Below, in pieces: positions 38,548-49,390 of a DNA stretch of 64,000 nucleotides (positions are counted from its first letter, which is position 1; the number at the start of each line of letters is the position of its first letter). The DNA is from Dehalococcoidia bacterium. GTDB lineage: Bacteria > Chloroflexota > Dehalococcoidia > UBA2979. The notes under the pieces are model-generated. The model saw nothing but the letters and a program-made list of their open reading frames with translations. It had not been told where the DNA came from and ran no database searches. A program made the position numbers and the translations under genes. The stretch spans positions 256,001-320,000 of the forward strand of contig OZ219872.1 of assembly GCA_964291495.2 (NCBI GenBank), written 5' to 3'.

Positions 38548-40899
38548 CTACTGCGACGAGTCGCCCTCGACGATGAAGCGCGGGAGGAGGCGGTCGAGCC
38601 AGCCGGGCAGCCACCAGTTGCGCTCGCCCAGCAGCGCCATCGTCGCCGGCACCAGCAGCATCCGCACCACCGTCGCATCGAGCGCCACCGCGACCGCGAG
38701 GCCGAGGCCGAACATCTTGAGCGTGCGGTACTCCTCGAACACGAAGCTGCCGAAGATGAAGACCATGATCAGGGCGGCCGCGGTGATCAGGTGCGCCGTC
38801 GAAGCAAGGCCGTGGGCGACCGAGTCCTTCGCCTTGCCGCTGCGGAAGTACGCCTCGCGCATGCGGGTGAGCAGGAACACCTCGTAGTCCATCGAGAGCC
38901 CGAACACGATCGCGAACATCATCATCGGGATGAACGGATCGATCGGTCCGCCCGCGATGCCGATCAGCGAGCCCAGCCAGCCCCACTGGAAGACCGCCAC
39001 GACGACGCCGAAGGCGGCGGCGATCGATAGCAGGTTCATGATCACGGCCTTGATCGGCACCAGGATCGAGCGGAAGACGAGCATCAGCAGCACGAACGAG
39101 AGCGCGAGGACGACACCCACGAAGAGCGGAATGCGGCCGGCCAGGTAGGTGGTGAAGTCGATGCTCGACGCCATCATGCCGGTGACCTTGACGTCGAGCG
39201 TGCTCCCAGCGACGGCCGCGGGGACGACGTCCTCGCGCAGACTCCGCACCAGGTCGGACGTCGCCTGGTCCTGTGGCGCGGTCTCCGGGACCACCTGGAT
39301 CAGGTAGGCGGGAGCGTTCGCGGGGTCCGAGGGGTCACTCGGCAGCGGCCCGTTCGCCACGGCCACGCCCTCCGCGCTGCCGAGCGCCTCGACGAGCGTC
39401 GCGAGCGCCGCGCGGTCCTCGGCCACGGTCGGCTGCGCGGTCACGATCAGCGGCCCGTTGAAGCCAGGCCCGAAGCCCTCGGCCAGCAGGTCGTAGGCGC
39501 GCCGCGTCGTCGACTCCTCGGGGAAATTGCTCTCGTCGGGGAAGTTGAGACGCAGCGAGGGGATGGGGGCGGCCACCGCCAGCAGCACGACGGCGCCCAC
39601 GATCAGCGCCACCCAGGGGTGTGCCTGCACCCAACGGCTCCAGCGCCAGGCAAGGGTGCGCTGCAGCGGCCGCGGCGCCCGCCTCGGCACGATCCAGCGA
39701 AGCGGCGGCAGGACGTACCCCGCGAGCAGCACGAGCAGCGCCAGCGGCAGGCCGAGCAGCAGCGGCCGGAAGCCCAGGCCCAGGCCCAGCAGCGCCACCG
39801 CGGCGAGCGCCGCGGCGATGAGCCCGCGCCAGCGCGTGACCTCGATGCGCTCGCGCACGAACCCGATCAGGGCCGGCAACAGCGTGACCGAGGCGGCCAT
39901 CGTGGCGGCGACGGTCAGCGCCGCGCTCACGGCCAGTCCGGTGACGAACGGCAATCCGATCAGGATCATGCCCAGCAGTGAGATCACGACCGTCACTCCG
40001 GCGAAGATGACTGCCCGACCGGCCGTGTCGATCGCGCGGTACATCGGTCGTGCGGTTCCGTTGCTGCCGTTGGCGTGGATGCCGTCGCGGTAGCGGTTGA
40101 CGATGAAGAGCGCGTAGTCGATGCCGACGCCGAGTCCGATCATCGCCCCGATCGACACCGCGAACTCCGGGATCGCGAGCAGGTTCGAGAGCAGTGCGGT
40201 GAGCGCCGAGCCGAGCCCGACGCCCGCGCCGGCGACCGCAATCGGCAGACCCATCGCCAGCACCGAACCGAAGGCAACGATCAGCACCACGATGGCGAAG
40301 GCGAGCCCGATGAACTCCGACTCAGGCGTCTGGAACGGCGCCAGCGCGTCCCCGGCGATCTCCACCTGCAGGCCCGGCCGGTCCGGCGCCATCGCGGCGA
40401 TCTCGGCTCCGATCTCCGGCGCCTGACCGTAGTCGATGCTCGGCGAGAGGTTGAGGCTGGCGTAGGCGATGCGCCCGTCCGGGCTGACCTGGTGACCTTG
40501 CTGGGTGTGCAGGGTGAACGGAGCGTCGCCCGGCGGCGGGGCGCCGCCCTCGGGGGTGTGGTGGAGTTGCTCGGGAGCGTAGGGGCTCGTGACGATCACG
40601 CCCTCGAGCGCCGCGACCTCCGCCAGCATCCCCTCGATCGCGGCGCGCACCTCCGGGTCGTGGATGCCTGCTTCGGCGCGGAAGACGATCGCGCCTCCGG
40701 CACGGCCGGCGCGATCGCCGAAGTACTGCGTGAGCACCTCGCGCCCGCTCCGGCTCTCCGAGTCCGGCGTCTCGAACCGGGAGTCGTACGCCGAGCCGAC
40801 GACGAGGAAGGCGATGACCACCGCGAGGATGATCGCGACCCAGCCGGCGACCGTCTTGCGCGGGTTGCTGAAGCACCACACGCCGACACGGGCAAGCAT
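38548..40899 (-). CDS. MMPL/RND family transporter
   Basis: GLGVGIDYALF, AGRAVIFAG, FGLSMDYEVFL, LLGERNWWLP. Confidence 0.93.
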   Translation of the reverse strand: MLARVGVWCFSNPRKTVAGWVAIILAVVIAFLVVGSAYDSRFETPDSESRSGREVLTQYFGDRAGRAGGAIVFRAEAGIHDPEVRAAIEGMLAEVAALEGVIVTSPYAPEQLHHTPEGGAPPPGDAPFTLHTQQGHQVSPDGRIAYASLNLSPSIDYGQAPEIGAEIAAMAPDRPGLQVEIAGDALAPFQTPESEFIGLAFAIVVLIVAFGSVLAMGLPIAVAGAGVGLGSALTALLSNLLAIPEFAVSIGAMIGLGVGIDYALFIVNRYRDGIHANGSNGTARPMYRAIDTAGRAVIFAGVTVVISLLGMILIGLPFVTGLAVSAALTVAATMAASVTLLPALIGFVRERIEVTRWRGLIAAALAAVALLGLGLGFRPLLLGLPLALLVLLAGYVLPPLRWIVPRRAPRPLQRTLAWRWSRWVQAHPWVALIVGAVVLLAVAAPIPSLRLNFPDESNFPEESTTRRAYDLLAEGFGPGFNGPLIVTAQPTVAEDRAALATLVEALGSAEGVAVANGPLPSDPSDPANAPAYLIQVVPETAPQDQATSDLVRSLREDVVPAAVAGSTLDVKVTGMMASSIDFTTYLAGRIPLFVGVVLALSFVLLMLVFRSILVPIKAVIMNLLSIAAAFGVVVAVFQWGWLGSLIGIAGGPIDPFIPMMMFAIVFGLSMDYEVFLLTRMREAYFRSGKAKDSVAHGLASTAHLITAAALIMVFIFGSFVFEEYRTLKMFGLGLAVAVALDATVVRMLLVPATMALLGERNWWLPGWLDRLLPRFIVEGDSSQ

Positions 40900-41057
40900 C
40901 GGATCCCCCAGTGAGCGGGCGCGTGCGCGGTGGGGTGCGGACACGCTTCCCATGGCCATTCGGCGGGCGGACCGCCCGCCTCGAGGGCTCGTGTATCCCG
41001 CGAATCCAGACTACCAGCGCGGCCCCGGAATTCACACCGGCGGCGCGGGCCGCCGGG

Positions 41058-41606
41058 CTACGCGGCCGCGGCGATCCGCCGCACCTGCTCGCGCCAGTCG
41101 TCGGCGGCGAGGTCCACGATCTCCGCCCGCGGCGGCTTGCCCTCCTCGATGGTCAGGTACGCCACGTGGCCCAGGCGCGGGCTCATGTTGCGCGGAAGGG
41201 TCGCGCTGCCGGGGTTCACCACGAGGATCTCTTCGAGCCAGTCGATCCGCTCGAAGTGCGTGTCACCGCAGACGATGATGTCCGGCCGCGCGCCGCCCAG
41301 GTACTGGTTGAGCAGCCGCTGCAGCTCCCAGTTGAGCGGCTCGAAGATGTGCAGAAGCGCGATCGAGAATCCCTCGAGCTCCAGGAAGTGCACCTTCTCG
41401 ATCCGCGGGTCGTCCTTCAGGTGCGGGTCGTGGTTGCCCTCAGCGGCGTAGATCGGCGCGATCTGCTCCAGCTCGTCGAGCACGCGCGCCACCACCAGGT
41501 CGCCGGCGTGGAAGATCAGGTCGACGCCCTCGAGCGCCTCGATGATCTCCGGGAAGATCCGGGGCGCCTCGGGGACGTGCGTGTCGCTGAGGATGCCGAT
41601 CCGCAC
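41058..41606 (-). CDS. YfcE-like metallophosphoesterase
   Basis: SDTH, HAGD, GNHD, GDTH, NPGS. Confidence 0.9.
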   Translation of the reverse strand: MRIGILSDTHVPEAPRIFPEIIEALEGVDLIFHAGDLVVARVLDELEQIAPIYAAEGNHDPHLKDDPRIEKVHFLELEGFSIALLHIFEPLNWELQRLLNQYLGGARPDIIVCGDTHFERIDWLEEILVVNPGSATLPRNMSPRLGHVAYLTIEEGKPPRAEIVDLAADDWREQVRRIAAAA

Positions 41607-41613
41607 GCGGGCC

Positions 41614-42732
41614 TCAGGACGAGGTGCGCGAGGGCAGCGCGACGACCACCGGGCCGGGCCCGACGGAGATGCCCTGCGACATCTCCGAGCGGATCTCCAG
41701 CTCCACCAGGTGCTCGCCGTTCTCCACCCACTTGCGCTTGACCTCGCCGGAGGTGGTCACGGTCTCGCCGACGACGTTGAAGATGTTCATGCGGAACGGG
41801 CCGGTCTTCTTGAAGCGGCCCGCGAGGCCGGCGTACTCGCGCACGCAGCGCTCCCACCAGCCCTGGATGAAGCCGTTGTTGGCGTACATCTCGGGCGCGC
41901 CCGTCGCGATCGAGACCGGGCTGTTGTGGTGGATCTGGTTGAAGTCGCGGTTCGCCCCTGCCTCGACGATCAGCCGCGCGATCGTGACGTTGATCGTGAC
42001 CGGCGGTACCGGGTCGCCCTCCTGGACGTCCTCGAAGTAGCGCTGCTGCGACCAGTCGATCTCGTCCGCCGCGCCGACGGCGACGTTACGGATCGCCAGC
42101 AGGTCTTCCTCCTCCGGCTCCTCGTCCTCCTCCGGGGGCGGTGGCGCGGAGGCGGAGGGCCGAGGGGTATCGAAGGCGACGTAGCGGTAGCCGCCGTTGC
42201 GCAGCAGCGCCACCAACTCGCCGCGCTGGTTGACGACCTGGCGCTCCCAGATCATGAACGCGCCCCGGCCCACGCGCGTCTCGCGAGGCAGGCAGGAGAT
42301 CAGCTTGCGGCCCTTCACGGTGAGCCGATCCCCGACGACGGGCGGCTCGTGGTACTCGATCTCGATGTCCGTGGCGAAGCCGGCTGTCGTCGGCGGCTCC
42401 GGTGGCTCCGGCATTACCGGCCCGCGCGCCCTCGGAATATCGACGTGCGGGTGCGCCAGCGGGTAGCGCGTACCCTGGCCGGGCCGCCAGAGGCCGACAT
42501 CGATCCACGTCGAGGAAACGCCGCTGTGCGGCGCGAGGATGCCGGCGTAGCCGTGCGCCTTCGCGACCTCCTCGTCGTAATGCAGCGGGCACGAGAACTC
42601 GAGCGGCTCGCAGTAGCGGCGGATCGTCGCGCGCTCGATCTCGTCGACGGCGGTCGATTCGATGCCGCCCGAGAAGTCCTGCCCGACGACGTCGACCGTC
42701 GGTTGCCAGGCTTGCGTCCAGTCATCGCTCAT
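41614..42732 (-). CDS. Double hot-dog (MaoC-like) acyl-CoA hydratase/dehydratase fusion
   Basis: N-domain PLHYDEEVAK...NQRGELVA; acidic linker; C-domain YFEDVQEGD...NRDFNQIHH. Confidence 0.82.
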   Translation of the reverse strand: MSDDWTQAWQPTVDVVGQDFSGGIESTAVDEIERATIRRYCEPLEFSCPLHYDEEVAKAHGYAGILAPHSGVSSTWIDVGLWRPGQGTRYPLAHPHVDIPRARGPVMPEPPEPPTTAGFATDIEIEYHEPPVVGDRLTVKGRKLISCLPRETRVGRGAFMIWERQVVNQRGELVALLRNGGYRYVAFDTPRPSASAPPPPEEDEEPEEEDLLAIRNVAVGAADEIDWSQQRYFEDVQEGDPVPPVTINVTIARLIVEAGANRDFNQIHHNSPVSIATGAPEMYANNGFIQGWWERCVREYAGLAGRFKKTGPFRMNIFNVVGETVTTSGEVKRKWVENGEHLVELEIRSEMSQGISVGPGPVVVALPSRTSS

Positions 42733-42891
42733 CGAGTCACTCCTCTGCACCCCCGCCCCCGACGGCGGCCCGTCAGTGGCGGCCCGACAGTTCGTAGCGA
42801 AGGGTCCGGCGCGGTGTCAATAGCGGGACGGGCAGACGGCGGGGCGGGCGCGGGACTGTGCGCCCGTCCGGCGAGGCACTATCCTGCCCTC

Positions 42892-43797
42892 GTGACACAT
42901 CTCATCTTCGACGAGCGCCAGGAGCTGGACCGGCCGATCCTGATCGCGGCCTGGTCCGGCTGGAACGACGCCGGCGAGTCCGCGACCGGCGCGATCCGCT
43001 TCATGCTGCGCCGCTGGCGATCGAAGGCCTTCGCCCGCATCGACCCGGAGCACTTCTACGATTTCACCCAGGCCCGCCCCAAGGTGAAGCTGGAGAACGG
43101 CGAGCGTGTCCTCGAGTGGCCATCGAACCACTTCTCCTCCCGCCGCCGCGAGGGCGACGCGCAGGACATCGTGCTGCTGGAAGGCGTGGAGCCGCACCTC
43201 TCCTGGCACGCGTACTCCGACACGATCATGGAGTGCTGCGAGGCACTCGGCATCGACACCGTGATCACGCTCGGGGCGCTCCTCGCGGAGGCGAGCCACT
43301 CGCGCCCGATCCGCGTCTCCGGCAGCTCCGAGGACGCCGGGCTGCGCGCGCAACTCGGCCTCGATCCGCCGCGGACGACCGGATACCAGGGACCGACCGG
43401 CATCGTCGGCGTGCTCAACAACCGCCTCCGCGACGCCGGCTACCGCACGGCCTCGATGTGGGCGAACGTGCCGCACTACGTGAACGCCTCGCCAAACCCC
43501 AAGGGCGCGCTCGCCATCCTCGAGCAGCTCAACGCCAGCCTGAACCTTGAGCTCAGCCTGCACGATCTGGAGGTCTTCGCCGCCCGCTTCGACGCGCAAG
43601 TCGGGGCCGAGATCGCCAAGAACCCGGAGATGGCCGAGTACGCACGCCGCATCGAGGAGCAGCTCGAGGAGCAGGAGCAGGAAGAGGCCGCCGCCGAGGA
43701 GGAAGCCGCCTCGGGCGGTGGCGCCGCCCTGCCCGACGCCCAGGATATGGTCGACGAGCTGGAACGCTTCCTGCGCGAGCAGCGCGACGGCGAGTAG
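42892..43797 (+). CDS. PAC2 family (proteasome assembly chaperone-like) protein
   Basis: GWNDAGESAT, FYDF..RP, EPHLSW, YQGPTGI, WANVPHY, ELERFLREQ. Confidence 0.9.
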   Translation: MTHLIFDERQELDRPILIAAWSGWNDAGESATGAIRFMLRRWRSKAFARIDPEHFYDFTQARPKVKLENGERVLEWPSNHFSSRRREGDAQDIVLLEGVEPHLSWHAYSDTIMECCEALGIDTVITLGALLAEASHSRPIRVSGSSEDAGLRAQLGLDPPRTTGYQGPTGIVGVLNNRLRDAGYRTASMWANVPHYVNASPNPKGALAILEQLNASLNLELSLHDLEVFAARFDAQVGAEIAKNPEMAEYARRIEEQLEEQEQEEAAAEEEAASGGGAALPDAQDMVDELERFLREQRDGE

Positions 43798-43953
43798 TAG
43801 CCCCCGTCGCAACCGTCCCCACCGAGTACCGCGCCCGGACGCAGCGCTTGAGGACTGCAGGCGCCGGTCCCGGCTCGAACGGGAACTTCCGGCGCTCCCG
43901 CAACGTCAGGTACCCATCGCACCCCGCAGCGTTGCGGGAGATGGGCCAACCCG

Positions 43954-46065
43954 ATGCGGAGCATCCCCAGATCGTTCGCACTCCCCTTCCTGCTCACGGC
44001 CGCACTGACGGCGGGCGCCCTCGTTGCATGCAGCGGCGCCTCGGACGAGCGGCCCGCGCCGGCACCCGCACCGACCGCCGCCACGACAGCGATCCCGACA
44101 CCCACACCAGCGCCGATCGCTGCCGCTACCCCGCGAGCCACGGCCACGCCAGCGCCGAAGGCCGCCGCTACGACGACAACCACGGCCACCCCGACTCCCT
44201 CGGCCGCCGCCACGCCCACCGTCTCCACGACGCCCCCGGCCAGGCCCCGGCCCGCGCCGACTGTCACCCCCTCACCAGCCCCGACGCCCGCCGTCACACC
44301 TGCGCCCGCGCCGACTGTCACCCCGACACCCGCCGCCGCACGCGCGCCGGCCGCCACCCCGGCCTCCACAGCGGAGCCGACACCAACGCCGCCGCTCTGT
44401 GCGGCTGAGGCTTCCCCCGCAGCGCCTACCTCCGTCCCCGCGGTAGCAACCGGTACAGGCCTCGTCAGCCGCGAAGACCTCGGGATTCGCGAGGTCGATA
44501 CCGCCGACGCGCTCGCGACGGCCGGTCTGCGCTACGTGCGCTGCGCGGCCGGGGAGGTTGTGCCGCAACAGGTCGGGCTCTACCTGCTGGACGTCGAGAC
44601 GGGCGAGGTCGAAGGGTGGGCGCTGGCGTCCCTCGAGACGGCCGACCCCGATAGCTTCATCAGCGCCGATGTCAGTCTCTCGCCGGGGAACCGCTTCCTC
44701 TCCTTCGACCGATTCCAGCACGACCGCGAGACCGGGCTGACCTTCGAGTGGGATGCGCCCCCGCTCCAACGGTGGGGCTCGCGGGACGACGAGTGGCGGC
44801 TGCTCTTCCGGATGCCGGACGAGGGAGGCGACCGCTTCGTTGTCACGGACGGCACGCTGCAGCCGGTCGCCCAGTTCGCCCTCCCTCACGGCCAGGAAGG
44901 TGTGCTCCAGTGGCTCAACTTCCAGCACCGTTCCCTCGTCGTGCGCGGTCAGCAGCGCGACGGAGGTTCACACCGCTACCTGCACTTCTTCGACCTCGGC
45001 GATGAGATCGCGGGGGCCTTCGAGCCGAGCGCAACACAAGTGCTCCCGGGCGGCGCGGAGGCCTGGAGCGAGGGGCAGTACCGGCTGAGCCACCTCGGTT
45101 CGAGCATCGAGCTCGCGGTTGCGGATCCCGATTCCTGCCACGTCATGCACTACGGCTGGGACGGCGCCTCGCTGCTCGCTGTCTCCGTCCCCGTCTCGCC
45201 GCGGTACGGACCGCGCGACTGCCGCATCTCCCCGGATGGCCGCTGGCTGACCGCGGTCACGGCCACGGCCGCTACCGGCACCTCGTGGGGCGCCCCCATC
45301 GGCATGGCCGTCTCCCTCCTCGACACGACCACCGGCGCCGAGGTCTACCGCGTCAAGGGCGTGGACGGGCCCGGCCGGTGGCTCGACGACAGCTCCGGTA
45401 TCTCCATGCACACCAGCCGAGGCGCCCGGATCGTGACCCTCGACGGACAGTGGGCAGAAGAGGCGCCGGAACCTGCTCGCACGCGCGTGAGACCGGCTCT
45501 CGCAAGCACCGCGCCGGCGCCCGCGCGGAAGCCACCGGAGTACCGCATAGACGAAAGGAAGAGGACAGCCACCGTGCGGGACCATGAAGGCGAAACGCTC
45601 GCCTCGGTGCGCTTCGCAGAGCCCGGGAGCTCCGAGGGCAGCTACTTCGGGTACTACGACATCTCCGGCTCGTGGGGCGAGACACGCGACGAGCTGCGGG
45701 TCCGCGTGTCGATCTACCCGTATGGCCGTTGCGGGTGTGGTGGGGAGTACAAGGGCGAGCCACCCCTCGCTCCCGTGATCGAGTCGCCGCCGTTCGAGGA
45801 CCACCTGCAGGTCGAGGTCATCGTCGACACCTGCCTGCGCCTGCGCCAGGAGCCGTCGCTCTCCGCAACGGTGCTGGACTGCCTCCCGAGTGGAACCATC
45901 CTGGACACGGACGACTACGCGCTCGACTACTACAACGCGCATCCGTTCATGCGCGTGCGCACCGCCGACGGCCTCGAGGGCTGGGCGAGCGCCGACTACC
46001 TGCGCTGGGTCTCGGACGGCGTGGAGCTCGAGGGCGAGCGGATGCACTACTACTTCGGCGTCTAG
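43954..46065 (+). CDS. Lipoprotein with Pro/Thr/Ala stalk and C-terminal SH3b-like domain
   Basis: LVAC lipobox; long PTA-rich linker; CLRLRQEPS...GLEGWASADYL. Confidence 0.78.
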   Translation: MRSIPRSFALPFLLTAALTAGALVACSGASDERPAPAPAPTAATTAIPTPTPAPIAAATPRATATPAPKAAATTTTTATPTPSAAATPTVSTTPPARPRPAPTVTPSPAPTPAVTPAPAPTVTPTPAAARAPAATPASTAEPTPTPPLCAAEASPAAPTSVPAVATGTGLVSREDLGIREVDTADALATAGLRYVRCAAGEVVPQQVGLYLLDVETGEVEGWALASLETADPDSFISADVSLSPGNRFLSFDRFQHDRETGLTFEWDAPPLQRWGSRDDEWRLLFRMPDEGGDRFVVTDGTLQPVAQFALPHGQEGVLQWLNFQHRSLVVRGQQRDGGSHRYLHFFDLGDEIAGAFEPSATQVLPGGAEAWSEGQYRLSHLGSSIELAVADPDSCHVMHYGWDGASLLAVSVPVSPRYGPRDCRISPDGRWLTAVTATAATGTSWGAPIGMAVSLLDTTTGAEVYRVKGVDGPGRWLDDSSGISMHTSRGARIVTLDGQWAEEAPEPARTRVRPALASTAPAPARKPPEYRIDERKRTATVRDHEGETLASVRFAEPGSSEGSYFGYYDISGSWGETRDELRVRVSIYPYGRCGCGGEYKGEPPLAPVIESPPFEDHLQVEVIVDTCLRLRQEPSLSATVLDCLPSGTILDTDDYALDYYNAHPFMRVRTADGLEGWASADYLRWVSDGVELEGERMHYYFGV

Positions 46066-46173
46066 GCTCGGCGGGCGCCTTCCCCGCTCGCAGTCCCCGT
46101 CAGAGCACAGATCCCGCGGCGATTGGGCGCTGGCGGCGTCAGGTGGTACGATGCGCGGCAGCAATCGCAGGCG

Positions 46174-46206
46174 CTCTTTAATCCGGTCCCGCGAGGCCGG
46201 GAAGGA
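46174..46206 (+). promoter_or_regulatory. PyrR-binding RNA loop (pyr attenuator)
   Basis: CTTTAATCCGGTCCCGCGAGGCCGGGAAGG matches the UUUAA...GUCCnGnGAGGC consensus; TGnTACGAT extended -10 at ~46144. Confidence 0.88.
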
Positions 46207-46267
46207 CGCAGCAGATGAATGCTCTCACGTTTGCGGTACCGGGACGCGCCACGTCCCACCCTCGTTT

Positions 46268-46298
46268 CCCCTCCCCGGAACGCGGAGGGGCTTTTTTT
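46268..46298 (+). terminator. Attenuator intrinsic terminator
   Basis: CCCCTCC/GGAGGGG stem followed by T7. Confidence 0.9.
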
Positions 46299-46338
46299 GC
46301 CCACCAGCAGCTCCCCACCCCATCGCGGAGCCGCCTCA

Positions 46339-46938
46339 TTGGCTGACCCGACGGAACAGGCTGAGACCGCACGCAGCGGGGACCTCGCGGCCGCTCGCGG
46401 CGGCGGGCCGCTGCTCGACGCCGACGGCATCGGGCGCACCACGCGCCGCCTCGCCCACGAGATCGTCGAGCGCAACGGCGGACCCGAGGGGCTCGTGCTC
46501 GTCGGCATCCCCAGCCGCGGCGCCGTCCTCGCCGAGCGCCTCGCCGAGCTGATCGGCGGCTTCGAGGGCGAGCGGCCGCCCCTCGGCAGGCTCGACATCA
46601 CGCTGCACCGCGACGATCTCGCCTCGCGCGGGCTACGCAGCGTGCCGCGCAGCAGCGAGCTGCCGGACATCGAGGGCCGCAACGTCGTCCTCGTCGACGA
46701 CGTGCTGTTCACCGGCCGCACCGTGCGCGCCGCCCTCGACGCGCTCAACGACTTCGGACGCCCGCACCGCGTCAGCCTCGCGGTGCTGATCGACCGCGGC
46801 CACCGCGAGCTGCCGATCCGCGCCGACGTGGTCGGCAAGAACATCCCCACCGCTCGCGGCGACCAGGTGCAGGTACTGCTCGACGAGGTCGACGGCCGTG
46901 ACGCCGTCGTCGTCATCCCCGGAAGGGATAGACCGTGA
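46339..46938 (+). CDS. pyrR: Pyrimidine operon regulator / uracil phosphoribosyltransferase
   Basis: [41 protein letters not shown]; TTG start after GGAG. Confidence 0.95.
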   Translation: MADPTEQAETARSGDLAAARGGGPLLDADGIGRTTRRLAHEIVERNGGPEGLVLVGIPSRGAVLAERLAELIGGFEGERPPLGRLDITLHRDDLASRGLRSVPRSSELPDIEGRNVVLVDDVLFTGRTVRAALDALNDFGRPHRVSLAVLIDRGHRELPIRADVVGKNIPTARGDQVQVLLDEVDGRDAVVVIPGRDRP

Positions 46939-48014
46939 CCACCGAGACCCACGAGACTCCCGGCGCGAGCGCCGCGCCGCTGCTCCCCGGGAGCGGCGAG
47001 CCGCTGGCGGCCGCGCCCGAGCCGGGCCCGTGGCGGCATCGCCACGTCCTGGACCTCGACGACTTCGGGGCGGACGAGATCGAGACGGTACTCGAGCTCG
47101 CGGGGCAGATGGCCGAGGTGCTGGAGCGGCGCATCGCGCGCGTGCCCGCGCTGCGCGGCCACACGATCGTCAACCTCTTCTACGAGCCCTCGACGCGCAC
47201 GCGCGCCTCCTTCGAGCTTGCCGGCAAGGTGCTGGGCGCGGACGTGCTCTCGGTCAGCGCCAGCACGTCCTCCGTGCAGAAGGGCGAGTCGTTGATCGAC
47301 ACGGTGCGCACGCTGCGCGCGATGGGCGCCGGCATCCTCGTGATGCGCCACGCCTCGTCGGGCGCGCCCTACCTCGCCGCGCGGCACACGGACGCCGCGA
47401 TCGTCAACGCCGGCGACGGCGCGCACGCGCACCCCACGCAGGCGCTGCTCGACCTCTACACGATGCGCAGCCACTTCGGAGACCTCGAGGGGAAGCGCGT
47501 CGTCATGGTCGGCGACATCGCCCACTCGCGCGTCGCCCGCTCGGACCTGTGGGGGCTCTCGGCGATGGGCGCCGAGGTGGTGGTCTGCGGGCCGCCCACG
47601 CTGCTGCCCCACGGCCTGCGGCCCGGCGACCGTCCCGAGCACGCCGAGGCCGCCCTCCCCCACGTCGAGGTGGAGACCGACATCGAACGCGCGATCGAGG
47701 GCGCACACGTCGTGATGGCGCTGCGCCTGCAGAGCGAGCGCCAGCAGGGCGGCCTGCTGCCCTCGCTGCACGAGTACTCGCTGCACTACCAGGTCACGGC
47801 GAAGCGTCTCGCGCGCGCGCACCCGGACCACCTGCTCATGCACCCCGGCCCGAAGAACGAGGGCGTCGAGATCGCCCGCGAGGTCGCCGGCGGCGGCCGC
47901 TCGATGATCGAGGAGCAGGTCACCAACGGCGTCGCCGTGCGCATGGCGCTGCTCTACCTGCTGGCGCTGGGCCGCGACGCCGCAGCCGCGAGCAGTGGGA
48001 AGGACGCATCGTGA
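46935..48014 (+). CDS. pyrB: Aspartate carbamoyltransferase
   Basis: [25 protein letters not shown]. Confidence 0.96.
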   Translation: MTTETHETPGASAAPLLPGSGEPLAAAPEPGPWRHRHVLDLDDFGADEIETVLELAGQMAEVLERRIARVPALRGHTIVNLFYEPSTRTRASFELAGKVLGADVLSVSASTSSVQKGESLIDTVRTLRAMGAGILVMRHASSGAPYLAARHTDAAIVNAGDGAHAHPTQALLDLYTMRSHFGDLEGKRVVMVGDIAHSRVARSDLWGLSAMGAEVVVCGPPTLLPHGLRPGDRPEHAEAALPHVEVETDIERAIEGAHVVMALRLQSERQQGGLLPSLHEYSLHYQVTAKRLARAHPDHLLMHPGPKNEGVEIAREVAGGGRSMIEEQVTNGVAVRMALLYLLALGRDAAAASSGKDAS

Positions 48015-49390
48015 GCACGCTCGCCATCCACAACGGCCGCGTGATCGACCCCGCCCTCGGGCGCGACGGCATCGCCGATGTCGTGATCGTCGACGGGCGC
48101 GTCGCGCGCGTCGGCCCGAACGAGGGCGACGCCGTGATCGAGGCGGACCGCATCGACGCGACCGGGCTGGTCGTGACGCCCGGCTTCGTCGACCTCCACG
48201 TCCACCTCCGCGAGCCGGGCTTCGAGTACAAGGAGACGATCGCCAGCGGTACGGTCGCCGCCGCGCGCGGCGGCTTCACCACCGTCTGCGCGATGCCGAA
48301 CACCGACCCGCCTCTGGACCGCCGCGCCGCCGTCGAGTCCGTGCTGCGCCAGGCCGAGGAGCACGCCGCCGTGCGCGTGCTGCCCCTCGGCTGCATCACG
48401 CGCGAGCGCGCGGGCAAGGAGCTCGCGCCCGCGGGCGAGCTGGCGCAGGCGGGCGTCGTCGCGCTCTCCGACGACGGCGACGCCGTCGCCGACGCGCGGC
48501 TGATGCGCCATGCCCTGGAGTACGCGGGCGCGTTCGGCCTGCCGATCTCGCAGCACTGCGAGGACCCGGCGCTCGTCCACGAGGGGCAGATGCACGAGGG
48601 CTGGGTCGCGACGCGGCTCGGGCTGCGCGGGCGCCCCGCCAGCGCGGAGGAGACCTTCGTCGCGCGCGACATCGCCCTCGCCGAGCTGGCCGGGGCGCAC
48701 CTGCACATCGCCCACGTCTCGACCGCCGGCTCGGTCGCGCTGATCCGGGCGGCCCGCGAGCGCGGCGTGCGCATCACCGCCGAGGTGACCCCGCACCACC
48801 TCACGCTCACCCACGAGGAGGTCGGCTTCGGTTCGTCCGGCTCGCACGCCGCCGCCAACGGCGAGGGCGCCAACGGATACCGCAGCATCGCCTACCACTC
48901 CAACGCCAAGGTCAACCCGCCGCTGCGCTCGCACGGCGACGTGGCCGCCTGCGCCGAGGCGCTGCGCGACGGCGTGATCGACGCGATCGCGACGGACCAC
49001 GCCCCGCACGCCGTCTCCGACAAGGAGATCGAGTTCGACCTCGCCGAGGCCGGCATCAGCGGCCTCGAGACCGCCCTCGGTCTCTCGATGAGCCTCGTCC
49101 ACGACGGCCGCATCGAGTTGCCGACGCTGGTCGAGCGGCTCACCGCCGGTCCCGCTCGCGCCTGGAGCCTGGACAGCCGCCCCGGCCTCGAGGGCCTCGG
49201 CACGCTCTCGCCGGGCGCCGTCGGGGATGTCGCCATCCTCGACCCGGACGCCACCTGGACCGTGACGCCCGAGGAGTTCGCCTCGATGGGCAAGAACACG
49301 CCGATCGCCGGGCGCGAGCTGCGCGGCCGCGTGCTGGCGACCGTCTACGGCGGGAGCGTCGTGCACGCGCTGGAGGGGGTCGCCCTGTGA
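48011..49390 (+). CDS. pyrC: Dihydroorotase
   Basis: DLHVHLREPG, MPNT, EVTPHH, KVNPPLR, ATDHAPH. Confidence 0.95.
   Translation: MSTLAIHNGRVIDPALGRDGIADVVIVDGRVARVGPNEGDAVIEADRIDATGLVVTPGFVDLHVHLREPGFEYKETIASGTVAAARGGFTTVCAMPNTDPPLDRRAAVESVLRQAEEHAAVRVLPLGCITRERAGKELAPAGELAQAGVVALSDDGDAVADARLMRHALEYAGAFGLPISQHCEDPALVHEGQMHEGWVATRLGLRGRPASAEETFVARDIALAELAGAHLHIAHVSTAGSVALIRAARERGVRITAEVTPHHLTLTHEEVGFGSSGSHAAANGEGANGYRSIAYHSNAKVNPPLRSHGDVAACAEALRDGVIDAIATDHAPHAVSDKEIEFDLAEAGISGLETALGLSMSLVHDGRIELPTLVERLTAGPARAWSLDSRPGLEGLGTLSPGAVGDVAILDPDATWTVTPEEFASMGKNTPIAGRELRGRVLATVYGGSVVHALEGVAL

Noticed and set aside
38460-40899. Island integrated at tRNA-Asn
   Set aside because: No integrase, att duplication or clear compositional shift
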